Below, one piece after another: positions 10,906-21,371 of a stretch of 64,000 bases of DNA. Source of the stretch: Octopus sinensis (lineage: Eukaryota). Within the stretch, counting starts at the first letter, position 1. Every line of letters starts with the position of its first letter. Below the pieces are notes generated by a model, which was given only the letters and a program-made list of their open reading frames with translations, was not told where the DNA came from and searched no databases. The stretch covers positions 14,074,001-14,138,000 of the forward strand of contig NC_043022.1 in assembly GCF_006345805.1 (NCBI RefSeq), read 5' to 3'. A program made the translations under genes and the position numbers.

Positions 10906-12905
10906 TATAAGCACAAAATAAAATATCACGGACCTTGTAAATAACAGATGAGCCAAATATAATTCTTAGTAGAGAACCTAAAGCTTACAAATGATAATAA
11001 AAATAAAGGAAATAAGTACAGACAGGGCAACAAATCCCAGGATTAATGGGCAGGGTTTAAAAACAGGAAAAACTATAGCAGAAGTATAGAAATACTAAAA
11101 TCAATAATAAACTCAAAAACCTGATATAGGCGCAGGAGTGGCTGTGTGGTAAGTAGCTTGCTTACCAACCACATGGTTCCGGGTTCAGTCCCACTGCGTG
11201 GCACCTTGGGAAAGTGTCTTCTAATATAGCCTCGGGCTGACCAAAGCCTTATGAGTGGATTTGGTAGACGGAAACTGAAAGAAGCCCGTCATATATATGT
11301 ATATATATAGGCGCAGGAGTGGCTGTGTGGTAAGTAGCTTGCTAACCAACCACATGGTTCCGGGTTCAGTCCCACTGCGTGACATCATGGGCAAGTGTCT
11401 TCTGCTATAGCTTCGGGCCGACCAAAGCCTTGTGAGTTGATTTGGTAGATGGAAACTGAAAGAAGCCTGTCGTATATATGTATATATATATATGTATGTT
11501 TGTCCCCCTAGCATTGCTTGACAACCGATGCTGATGTGTTTACGTCCCCGTAACTTAGCGGTTCGGCATAAGAGACCGACAGAATAAGTACTGGGCTTAC
11601 AAAACGAATAAGTCCTGGGGTCGAGTTGCTCGATTAAAGGCGGTGCTCCAGCATGGCCGCAGTCAAATGACTGAAACAAGTAAAAGAGTAAAGAGTATAA
11701 GCACAAAATAAAATATCACAGACCTTGTGAATAACAGATGACCCAAATATAATACTTAGTAAAAAACCTAAAGCTACAAATGATCTCTATATATATAAAA
11801 GGCAGTTTGTCTGTCTGTGTGTCTGTCAGGTTGTACCCTCACCCTGACCATGGCTTTCAACCGATTCTGATGAAACTTGAAACATACATAGCCCAATGTC
11901 ATAATTCAAAACTAACGCAGCGAAAATTTTGAAAAGTTCCCCCAGTTCTGAAAAAAATCGATAAATTGGACATGGGGTCGAGAATCTAAGCTTGTCATAT
12001 GCAACACATTTTCCGTTGTAGTTTATGCAACTTGCAATCAATTTTCACCAAACTCATGGTGAAGCTTAATGTTACCCTAAGGAACTAAATTCTGACGTTA
12101 GTTTTCCATGCAATACCTTACCATCAGAAAAAATCGAAAAAATCATGCCATTTTGGGAAATCGCATTCAAATTCAAGATGACATATTTTCGACAATATCT
12201 TTAACAAATTGGCAGGAATTTTTTTTGAAATTCACAGCGAGCATCACGTCTGCTCCAAGGAGCTATATGGCCCTTTTTATTCCAATAGGATACGTTATTA
12301 CTGGAAAAAAATCGGTTAATTACATCATATGTGGCACACATAGCAAACTGATATTTCTGCGATATTTTTTAAAATAACGGTTCAATGAGTACAAAACAGA
12401 GTAAAAAGGTAAAGGGCATTGCTTATCGACAAAGTTTCTTACATACCCGGGGAATGCTGGGCTATGCTGCTAGTAATAAAATAAAGGAAATAAGTACAGA
12501 CAGGACAATAAATCCCAGGATTAATGGGCAGGGTTTTAAAAACAGGAAAAACAATAGCAGAAGTATAGAAATAAATACTAAAATCAATAATAAACTCAAA
12601 AACCTGATATAGGCGCAGGAGTGGCTGTGTGGTAAGTAGCTTGCTTACCAACCACATGGTTTCGGGTTCAGTTCCACTGTGTGGCACCATGGGCAAGTGT
12701 CTTCTACTATAGCCCCGGGCCGACCAAAGCCTTGTGAGTGGATTTGGTAGATGGAAACTGAAAAAAGCCCGTTGTATATATGTATATATATATATATACA
12801 TATATATCTAATATAGGATAAAATTTTTCGAAAAAAATTCTATCAATGGCCAGCATTTAAAAAAAATACCTTTAAAGGTTAAATTCATAAACAATTTATT
12901 ATATA

Positions 12906-12948
<43 letters not shown>

Positions 12949-13170
12949 GGTGTATGTGTGTGTGTATATTTGTGTGTTTGTGTTTGTCTTCCCAACATCG
13001 CTTAACAACTGATGCTGGTGTGTTTACGTCCCCGTAACTTAGCAGTTCAGCAAAACAGACCGATAGAATAAGTACTAAGGTTTACAAAGATTAAGTCCTG
13101 GGGTCGATTTGCTTGACTAAAGGCAGTGCTCCAGCATGGCCACAGTCAAACGACTGAAACAAGTAAAAGA
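10906..13170 (+). repeat. Local duplication of a ~220-bp AT-rich segment plus family-B SINE
   Basis: 10906-11123 recurs at 11696-11783 plus 12474-12605. Each copy is followed by a family-B SINE at the same junction (aaaacctgatataggcgcagg); B copies at ~11129-11305, ~11309-11696, ~12612-13170. Confidence 0.9.
11784..12473 (+). mobile_element. Complete non-autonomous Helitron (690 bp)
   Basis: 5' TC (TCTCTATATATATAAAA), 3' hairpin CCCGG-GGAATG-CTGGG, terminal CTAG. Inserted between A and T with no TSD, shown by the empty paralogous site acaaatgA|Taataaaa at 10994/10995. Confidence 0.93.
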
Positions 13171-13390
13171 ATACGAAATATACTAAGAAGAAAGGAAAAA
13201 AAAAAAAAGGAATCCAGTAAAATGGAAATTTATAGTATTTTTATGGATATATTTGAAAATTCGAATCTTTTCGGTTTGAATGGCAGTTTTTTAAAAATAA
13301 TTTCCACGTAACTAAACAATTTTAAAACTTCGTATACTGGTAGAATGTGTTTATAAAACATCTTTTTCTCTTGGCTTTATTGAGAAAATT

Positions 13391-14190
13391 CTATAGTTTG
13401 TAAGATATTTGTTGTTTTTCTTTTCTTCAATTTCTGCAATTTCAACCCATCAATGACATCTATTGAGGTGGAAAACATTCTGTGCCGTATGAATATGTCC
13501 CTCGTTTAAGAAAGCATTGGGTTTATTTACATTTGTGAAGAAAAAAAGATACCCTTCCCCCCCACTCCTACCCTAACCCTAAAAAGATTGAAATGCAATA
13601 ATTGATACTAGGTCATAATTATGGGTGACATTTCATATGATACCGCTAGAAAAAAACTATAGTTTGTAAGATATTTGTTGTTTTTCTTTTTTCTTCAATT
13701 TCTGCAATTTCAACCAATCAATGACATCTATTGAGGTGGAAAACATTCTGTGCCGTATGAATATGTCCCTCGTTTAAGAAAGAGGTTGGGTTTATTTACA
13801 TTTGTGAAGAAAAAAAGATACCCTTCCCCCCCACTCCTAACCCTAACCCTAAAACAGATTGAAATGCAATAGATTGATACTAGGGTCATAATTATGGGTG
13901 ACAATTTCATATGATACCGCTAGAAAAAAACTATAGTTTGTAAGATATTTGTTGCTTTTTTCTTCAATTTCTGCAATTTCAACCAATCACTGACATCTAT
14001 TGAGGTGGAAAACATTCTGTGCCGTATGAATATGTCCCTCGTTTAAGAAGAGATTGGGTTTATTTACATTTGTGAAGAAAAAAAGATACCCTTCCCTAAC
14101 ACTAACCCTAACCGCAAAACAGATTGAAATGCAATAGATTGATACTAGGGTCATAATCATGGGTGACAATTTCATATGACACCGCTAGAA
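13391..14190. repeat. Three tandem ~270-bp units containing CCTAACCCTAA; probable non-autonomous DNA or rolling-circle element
   Basis: CTATAGTTTGTAAGATATTTG restarts near 13392, 13658, 13931; each unit ends ..TGA(T/C)ACCGCTAG(A)n. Element class is inference. Confidence 0.8.
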
Positions 14191-14470
14191 AAGATCTGAA
14201 AATACTTATGAAAATAGACATAATACATGGTATTCAAAAAGTCTCTGTGCTGTGAAGTGTTTTCATCCTGTGCATGCACAACTTGGCTGTCACTGTGTGG
14301 GCGGCCAAGTGTCAGCAATTGTGAGCCCTTCAGCCTGTCGATATGCTAACCAATGAAGAACGTAAGCTTTTAGTTGAATAGGTTGTTTTGAGCAGGAAAA
14401 AAATACACAGATACTGTGAAACAGAAGTTGAGTGAAACTTTTCCAAAAACTGTTGTTCCACATCGTGACA

Positions 14471-14861
14471 CTCTCTCTTTACTCTTTTACTTGTTTCAGT
14501 CATTTGACTGCGGCCATGCTGGAGCACCGCCTTTAGTCGAGCAAATCGACCCCAGGACTTATTCTTTGTAAGCCTAGTACTTATTCTATCGGCCTCTTTT
14601 TACCGAACCGCTAAGTTACGGGGACGTAGACACACCAGCATCGGTTGTCAAGCGATGTTGGGAGGACGAACACAGACACACAAACATATACATACACATA
14701 CATATATATATACATATATATGACAGGCTTCTTTCAGTTTCCGTCACGAGGCTTTGGTCGGCCTGAAGCTATAGTAGATGACACTTGCCCAAGGTGCCAC
14801 GCAGTAGGACTGAACCCAGAACCATGTGGTTGGTAAGCAAGCTACTTACCACACAGCCACT
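14471..14861 (-). mobile_element. Family-B SINE
   Basis: Matches other B copies; 5' end clipped within the A-box region. Confidence 0.9.
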
Positions 14862-15060
14862 TTGGTTAGAAAATTTAGAAACACAGGAGGCTCAGTGGAA
14901 GACGCAGCAAGAATCGGTAGGCCTACAGTTCTTTCAGACGAAACACTCTCCAATATTTCTGATAAACAGTTGGCAAGCCTGTCAAAGTCCTTACGCAAAT
15001 TGTCAGGAAACGGAAATCAGCCAAGGAAGTGCTCACACGGCAGTAAAAACTTAATAAAAT
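14862..15060 (+). mobile_element. Tc1/mariner transposase N-terminal HTH fragment (frameshifted)
   Basis: LVRKFRNTGGSVEDAARIGRPTVLSDETLSNI..SKSLRKLS, then QETEISQGSAHTAVK in another frame; TGSVxDxxRxGRP motif. Confidence 0.75.
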
Positions 15061-15169
15061 TTTATGTAGTGAAAATGAAGGACGACACTTTCAAAACCTC
15101 CTATAAAGTTTTTTTAAGTCTTTCGTGGTCTGCTGCCACAAAAGCTCTTTTATAGGATCCAGTTAGCTA

Positions 15170-16255
15170 AAGACATCATCAGGAGGAACCACGACCGGTC
15201 TCGGCCCCTATTTCTCTACCGTTTTGACATGGCAAGCCCCACCCCCTTTCGGAGGTGTCTTCAGCTCTGGTGTTGGGTGCATGTCTTCTTTCTTCTGTTC
15301 CCTGGCCTCTTCGATGTAACATCAACGAGTGTCAGCAGGCGACTATGTCTTGTCAAATTTTTCTTTTTAAATACCTGCTACTAGGCTCCAGCAGGCAGCC
15401 CCAGCAAGTTGTCACATGACACTGTCTCAACTTTAACCGACCAATGAAGGTGCGTAGCCTCAGCCCACACTTTCTCTAAACGATACCATCATCTGTCAGT
15501 CAGTGAAGCTAATTCGGTGTCAGCTTGTCTCACCTAGTGATGTTATTTTCCGCCGGCATGTTATGACTTTCAAGCCACTTTTTGGTCTTCCCGCTTCAGC
15601 CATATATAGAAGCTGACTTTTTGACCACCTCCTGTACTCTCATTAGTTTTTGCAGCTCGGAGCTAGAAAAAACAAATCTTTTGAATAGCGTTGTCATTGC
15701 TCCATCCTTTCTACTCTACTCAAGGCTATTTCGTACATTTGCAATGGCCACATTATCCTTGGGTACAGCCCAAATTGCAATATCCAACATTTGAATTTTC
15801 CCGGCAGCGTTGTTCTGTCAATTGCCTTTAATCCTTGTTCTACTAACTCGTGTGTTTCTTTCCCTTGTTTCTTATCATTTAATAAATCTCTATACCATCT
15901 GCCGAGACTCTTTACTGGTTGTTCTTTCACCATTGGTATGTCTTCACCTCCTATCCTGAATTTCACTTCTTGCCTTCCTTTCACAAAAGCCACTCTTCGA
16001 GATTTTTTGGCTTTGAATTTCATCCTTGCCCATCCTATCAGTTCGTCCAACCGCTCTAACGTTCCCTCTGCTGCTTCTCTACTTTCCGATAATACAGTAA
16101 CGTCGTCCATAAAAGCCCTTAATGGTGTCTTTGTAACAGCTTTCTCACAGTTTGTAGATCTAAGTAACATTTCCATGACTAGCACGAATAAGATGACTGA
16201 TATCGTGCATCCGGCTGCAATACCTATTGTGAACTTTCCTGTTTTTAAGTAAATG
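15170..16255 (-). mobile_element. Decayed RLE-type non-LTR retrotransposon (HERO-like), RT/thumb region to 3' end
   Basis: GIAAGCTISVILFVLVMEMLL, PLRAFMDDVT (RT catalytic DD), WARMKFKAKKSR, PVKSLGRWY, LPGKFKCWILQFGLYPRIMWPL. The RT call is firm; the HERO label is recalled. Confidence 0.8.
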
Positions 16256-16454
16256 AATTCCCATAATTATCATAAATGTATAGAGTAAGCCCAGATGTGA
16301 ATAATTAAGTGCACCATCCCAACATATATCCAAATGCATAAATATATAATCCTATAATATAATAATTAGCAATATAATCATTAACATAATTACTTTGATA
16401 ACCTTCCACTAATATGCATACACACACACACACATACACATATACGTGTGAACA

Positions 16455-16812
16455 TGGCCGTTGCCAGCGCCGCCCCGACTGGCCTTGTGCCGGTGGCACG
16501 TAAAAAGCACCATCCGTTTGTGGCCGTTTGCCAGCGTCGCCTGGCCCCCGTGCCTGTAGCACTTAAAAAGCACCATCTGATCGTGGCCGTTTGCCAGCCT
16601 CGTCTGGCACCTGTGCTGGTGGCACGTAAAAAGCACCCACTACACTCACGAAGTGGTTGGCGTTAGGAAGGGCGTCCAGCCGTAGAAACATTGCCAGATC
16701 AGACTGGGCCTGGTGCAGCCTTCTGGCCTCCCAGACCCCAGTTGAACCGTCCAACCCATGCTAGCATGGAAAACAGACGCTAAATGATGATGATGATGAT
16801 GATGATGATGAT
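16455..16812 (+). mobile_element. Family-D SINE-like element with three ~62-bp internal repeats and (GAT)n tail
   Basis: TAAAAAGCACC motifs near 16500, 16563, 16626; GGCGTTAGGAAGGGCGTCCAGCCGTAG; tail GCTAAATGATGATG. Confidence 0.9.
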
Positions 16813-16814
16813 GG

Positions 16815-17030
16815 GGAGAGTTTATGATTCGGGATAGAGAAGAGAAACTGTGCACGGTTGTGGAAATCAGCTGCCCAGCAGATGTTAACATAAAGATAAA
16901 GATTAGTGAAAAAGAAAATATCTATGCTGAACTATTGATGACTCTATCCAGATTTCAAGTTCAGGTTTATAGCTATAATTATTGGGGCACTGGGATATGT
17001 AACACACTCCCTAAATATTAAAATCCATGG
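16815..17030 (+). mobile_element. Restriction-like endonuclease (RLE) fragment of an R4/NeSL-group LINE
   Basis: DREEKLCTVVEISCPADVNIKIKISEKENIYAELL, then frameshifted YPDFKFRFIAIIIGALGYV, matching the ExSxP..KxxxY..IGALG pattern. Confidence 0.75.
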
Positions 17031-17057
17031 AGCAAAACACAGCGATTCTGCTACTGT

Positions 17058-17720
17058 TTCATCATCATCATCATCATCATCGTTTAGCGTCCGCTTTCCA
17101 TGCTAGCATGGGTTGGAGGGTTCAACTGGGGTCAGGGAAGCCAGAAGGCTGCACCAGGCCCAGTCTGATCTGGCAATGTTTCTACGGCTGGATGCCCTTC
17201 CTAACGCCAACCACTCCATGAGTGTAGTGGGTGCTTTTTACGTGTCACTGGCACGGAGGCCAGGTGAGACTGGTAACGGCCACGAACGGATGGTGCTTTT
17301 TACGTGCCACTGGCACGGAGGCCAGGCGAGGCTGGCAACGGCCACGATCGGATGGTGCTTTTTATGTGCCACTGGCACGGAGGCCAGGCGAGACTGGCAA
17401 CGTCCACGAACGGATGGTGCTTTTTACGTGCCACCGGCACGGAAGCCAGTCAGGGCAGCACTGGCAACGGCCACGTTTGGATGGTTCTCTTATGTGCCAC
17501 CAGCACTGGTATCACAGCAACAATTTCCATTCATGTTGATCGATTTTGATTTTTGATTTTTGATTTTTACTTGTCTCAACAGGTCTTCACAAGTAGGGTT
17601 TTGTGTCCCAAGAAGGAAAGGTATGCATAAGTGGACTGAGGCCATGGGTGATGGTCTCACTTGTCCTGCCGGGTTTTCTCACACACAGCATACTTCCAAA
17701 GGTCTCTTCAGAAATGATTT
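17058..17720 (-). mobile_element. Long family-D element with four 62-bp internal repeats
   Basis: GTGCTTTTTA restarts at 17231, 17293, 17355, 17417; the 5' extension (caacaggtcttcacaag) is shared with the copy near 50990. Confidence 0.85.
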
Positions 17721-17880
17721 ACCAGAAAAGTGTATAGTTTATCAAAACAGAAAAATTTAGAGGTTAGTAGAGTTTTTAGGAGGGGAAAGAAATAGTTGAC
17801 TCCCAAATCTATATACTTCTAACAAGAGAGGAGGGCACAGCCCCATTACTCTTGGGTTTATCTATTAAGGAGTTGTTTAA

Positions 17881-19025
17881 CCCTTTTGTTACCAACCTAG
17901 CTGACACCACCCCTGGCTCTGTAGTACAGATGTCTTGTTTTAATAAGTTTTGAATTAAAATCTCCCACCAAACCTTAGTCACAATTTATGTTCCTAACAC
18001 TAGCTGAATGATAACTGAGTTATTTTACTAAATTCTTTGTTATATTTAAAGTAATTGAAAGAAACACAGAGCATCTCAACAGAAATAGGGTAACAAAAGG
18101 GTTAAAATATATAATAGAGAAACTATTAACCCTTTTATTACTAACCTGGCTGACACCACCCCTGGCTCTGTAGTACAAATGTCTTGTTTTAATAAGTTTT
18201 GAATTAAAATCTCCCACCAAACCTTAGTCACAATTTATGTTCCTAACACCAGCTGAATGATAATTTAAGTTTATTTCACTAAATTCTATGTTATATTTAA
18301 ATTAATTGAAAGAAACAAAGAACATCTCAAAATAAATACAATAACGAAAGGGTTAAAATATATAATAGAGAAACAATTATTAACCCTTTCACTACCAACC
18401 TGGCTGAAACCACCTCTAGCTCTGTTGTACAAATGTCTTGTTTTCAAAAGTTCTGAATTAAAATCTTCCACCAAACCTTAGTCACAATTTATGCTCCTAA
18501 CTCTAGCTTAATGATAACTGAGTTATTTTACTAAATTCTTTGTTATATTTGAAGTAATTGAAAGAAACACAGAGCATCTCAACAGAAATATGGTAACAAA
18601 TGTCTTGTTTTCCTAAGTTTTGAATTAAAAATCTTCCACCAAACCTTAGTCACATTTTATGTTCCTAACACTAGCTTATTGATAACTAAGTTATTTTACT
18701 AAATTCTTTGTTACATTTACAATCAATTGAAAGAAATACAGAGCATCTCAACAGAAATAGGGTAACAAAAAGGTTAAAATATATAATAGAGAAACAATTC
18801 TTAACCCTTTCGTTACCAACCCAGCTGAAACCACCCCTGGCTCTGTAGTACAAATGTCTTGTTTACGTGAGTTTTGAATTAAAATCTTTCACCAAATCTT
18901 AGTCACAATTTATGCTCCTAACTCTAGCTTAATGATAACGAAGTTATTTTACTAAATTCTTTGTTATATTTGAAGTAATTGAAAGAAACACAGAGTATCT
19001 CAAAATAAATACAGTAACGAAAGGG
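17881..19025. mobile_element. Tandem array of ~221-bp piggyBac-type MITEs
   Basis: TTAA|CCCTTT..TTAC / GTAAC..AAAGGG|TTAA termini. Complete copies 17881-18101, 18130-18352, 18805-19025; fused copies 18384-18773. Confidence 0.88.
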
Positions 19026-19308
19026 TTAATGTCTGCTGGTCAATGGCAAGAAAATGATTTGTGGTCAGGTCAACCTACTAAATTATCAAGGTCATTTGTA
19101 ATGGAAACAATACACAAGCTTTATCTCCACAAGTCAACAAGGCAGGGAGCAGAACAAAGGAAGTGGGGTATAGGGAAGGGAGAAGAAGAAGGAGAAAAGA
19201 AAGAAAGAAAGAAAGCAGAATCCCTGTAAATGTTTTGCTCTGAGGATTTAAAACCCTGTTAAGTCATTTTGAATTGCCCTTTATTTTGAAGTTCATGAAT
19301 TCATCTGA

Positions 19309-19715
19309 CTCTCTCTCTCTCACTCTTTTACTTGTTTCAGTCATTTGACTGTGGCCATGCTGGAGCACCGCCTTTAGTCGAGCAAATCGACCCCACGACT
19401 TATTCTTTGGAAGCCTAGTACTTATTCTATCGGTCTCTTTTGCCGAACCGCTAAGTTACAGGGACATAAACACACCACCATCGGTTGTCAAGCAATGTTG
19501 GGAGGACAAACGCAGTCACACAAACACACATATATATATATATATATACATATATACGATGGGCTTCTTTCAGTTTCCGTCTTCCAAATCCACTCACAAG
19601 GCTTTGGTCGGCCAAAGGCTATAGTAGAAGACACTTGCCCAAGGTGCCACGCAGTGGGACTGAACCAGGGACCATGTGGTTGGTGAGCAAGCTACTTACC
19701 ACACAGCCACTCCTA
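19309..19715 (-). mobile_element. Family-B SINE, full length
   Basis: Matches the other B copies over its whole length. Confidence 0.92.
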
Positions 19716-19774
19716 CGGTTTCTTTACAATGATGTAATGTATTCATTAATTAATGAAAGGAGTCAAAAAACACC

Positions 19775-19978
19775 ATTTGAGCGTGGCTGCTGCCAGTACT
19801 GTCTGACTGGCCCTTGTGCCGGTGGCACGTAAAAGCACCCACATTCTTGGAGTGGTTGGTGTTAGAAAGGGCATCCATCTGTAGAAGCTCTGTCAGATCA
19901 GATTGGAGTCTGGTTCGCCAGACCTGTCATATCGTCCAACCCATGCTAGCATGGAAAGCAGACGTTAAACGATGATAA
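19775..19978 (+). mobile_element. Family-D element, 3' part
   Basis: GGTGGCACGTAAAAGCACCC..GAAAGGGCATCC..ACGTTAAACGATGAT. Confidence 0.8.
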
Positions 19979-20038
19979 TTAGAAACAGCTATAATGGTTT
20001 CACACCTGTACTTCTATTATCACTCATATTTTATTCAC

Positions 20039-20147
20039 CTGTCTCAGAATCTGCCCTTCGTAAATATTCTGGACCCTATATTTAATATAATGTACATGTC
20101 TGACTAGCTCAAGAGCGGGGTTTCTTCCCTCAGCTATGTCTAATTGC
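20039..20147 (-). CDS. Candidate internal coding exon of an unidentified gene
   Basis: AG acceptor at 20149-20148, donor CAG|GTGAAT; 109 nt open as (x)QLDIAEGRNPALELVRHVHYIKYRVQNIYEGQILRQ. No homology recognised; could be chance. Confidence 0.25.
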
Positions 20148-20153
20148 CTACAC

Positions 20154-20332
20154 CAGTGCTTTTCAAACTTTTTGCTGGAGCGGAACCCCAAGGAAACATT
20201 CCCCTGGCTCAAGGAACCCCTGTGCAATAATTTAATAGTCTTATGCACACATATCTGCACAGGAGAATTAAAAATTACTGCCGATTTTAGCAGTTTTGTA
20301 ACTTCTTGCGGAACCCTGGTTGAAAACCACTG
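20154..20332. mobile_element. hAT (Charlie-like) MITE, 179 bp
   Basis: TIRs CAGTGCTTTTCAA / TTGAAAACCACTG; perfect 8-bp TSD GCCTACAC at 20146-20153 and 20333-20340. Confidence 0.93.
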
Positions 20333-20662
20333 GCCTACACACACTGCAAGAATATCATTCAGCCAGTACTTATGTACCAAGGTTCGTCATTACTTAATAT
20401 TGTTGTGTGTGTACATTATTCTGACCTAACGAGATGGCTAAATTTAAGTATGTAATTCAACTATATATATCTACGATTGCATGCGTGTATTTATGCATAT
20501 ATAAGCCATAAGTACATTCAAGCATTTCCTGTTTCCCTTCTTCCTCCACATCCCTTCACTTCAACCACACTGTTCTTATAGTAGCATAGTTAATAATACC
20601 AAATCCTGCAGCTAAAATACTCCAGCAGTGTTAACCTTTGAACCCCGAATATTTCAGTAGAA

Positions 20663-21262
20663 GGCGGCGAGCTGGCAGAAATGTTAGCACGCCGGACGGA
20701 ATGCTTAGCAGTATTTCGTCTGCCATTACGTTCTGAGTTCAAATTCCGCTGAGGTCGTCTTCACCTTTCATCCTTTCTGGGTCGATTGAATAAGTACCAG
20801 TTACGCCCTGGGGTCGATATAATCGACTTAATCCCTTTGTCTGTCCTTGTTTGTCCTCTCTGTGTTTAGTCTCTTGTGGGTAGTAAAGAAATAGGCATTT
20901 CATCTACCATTACGTTCTGAGTTCAAATTCTGCCGAGGTCATCTTTGCCTTTCATCCTTTCTGGGTCGATAAATTAAGTACCAGTTACACACTGGGGTCG
21001 ATATAATCGACTTAATCCCTTTGTCTGTCCTTGTTTGTCCTCTCTGTGTTTAGTCTCTTGTGGGTAGTAAAGAAATAGGTATTTCATCTACCATTACGTT
21101 CTGAGTTCAAATTCCGCCGAGGTCATCTTTGCCTTTCATCCTTTCTGGGTCGATTAAATAAGTACCAGTTATGCACTGGGGTCAATATAATTGACTTAAT
21201 CCCTTTATCTGTCCTTGTTAGTCCCCTCTATGTTTAGCCCCTTGTGAGTAATAAAGAAATAA
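20663..21262 (+). mobile_element. Family-A SINE with three 184-nt tandem body units
   Basis: Head GGCGGCGAGCTGGCAGAAATG; unit starts at 20711, 20895, 21079. Confidence 0.92.
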
Positions 21263-21371
21263 ATATGTCAGTGACCAAAGAAAAAAAAAGGGGCCTGACA
21301 TATTAAGTGATTTTGGGCCATCATATTTCCCCTTCTCAAAGATTCCTTGTCTTGCAAGTTACCTTGGCGAC

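Noticed and set aside
13560-14115. CCCTAACCCTAA as telomere or interstitial telomeric array
   Set aside because: Only about two units per copy, embedded in a longer repeat.
15170-15235. CTGATGA on minus at the HERO-like 3' end as a hammerhead ribozyme
   Set aside because: No correctly placed GAAA, NUH site or stems; other CTGATGA hits (~8088, ~11864, ~44965) also lack the fold.
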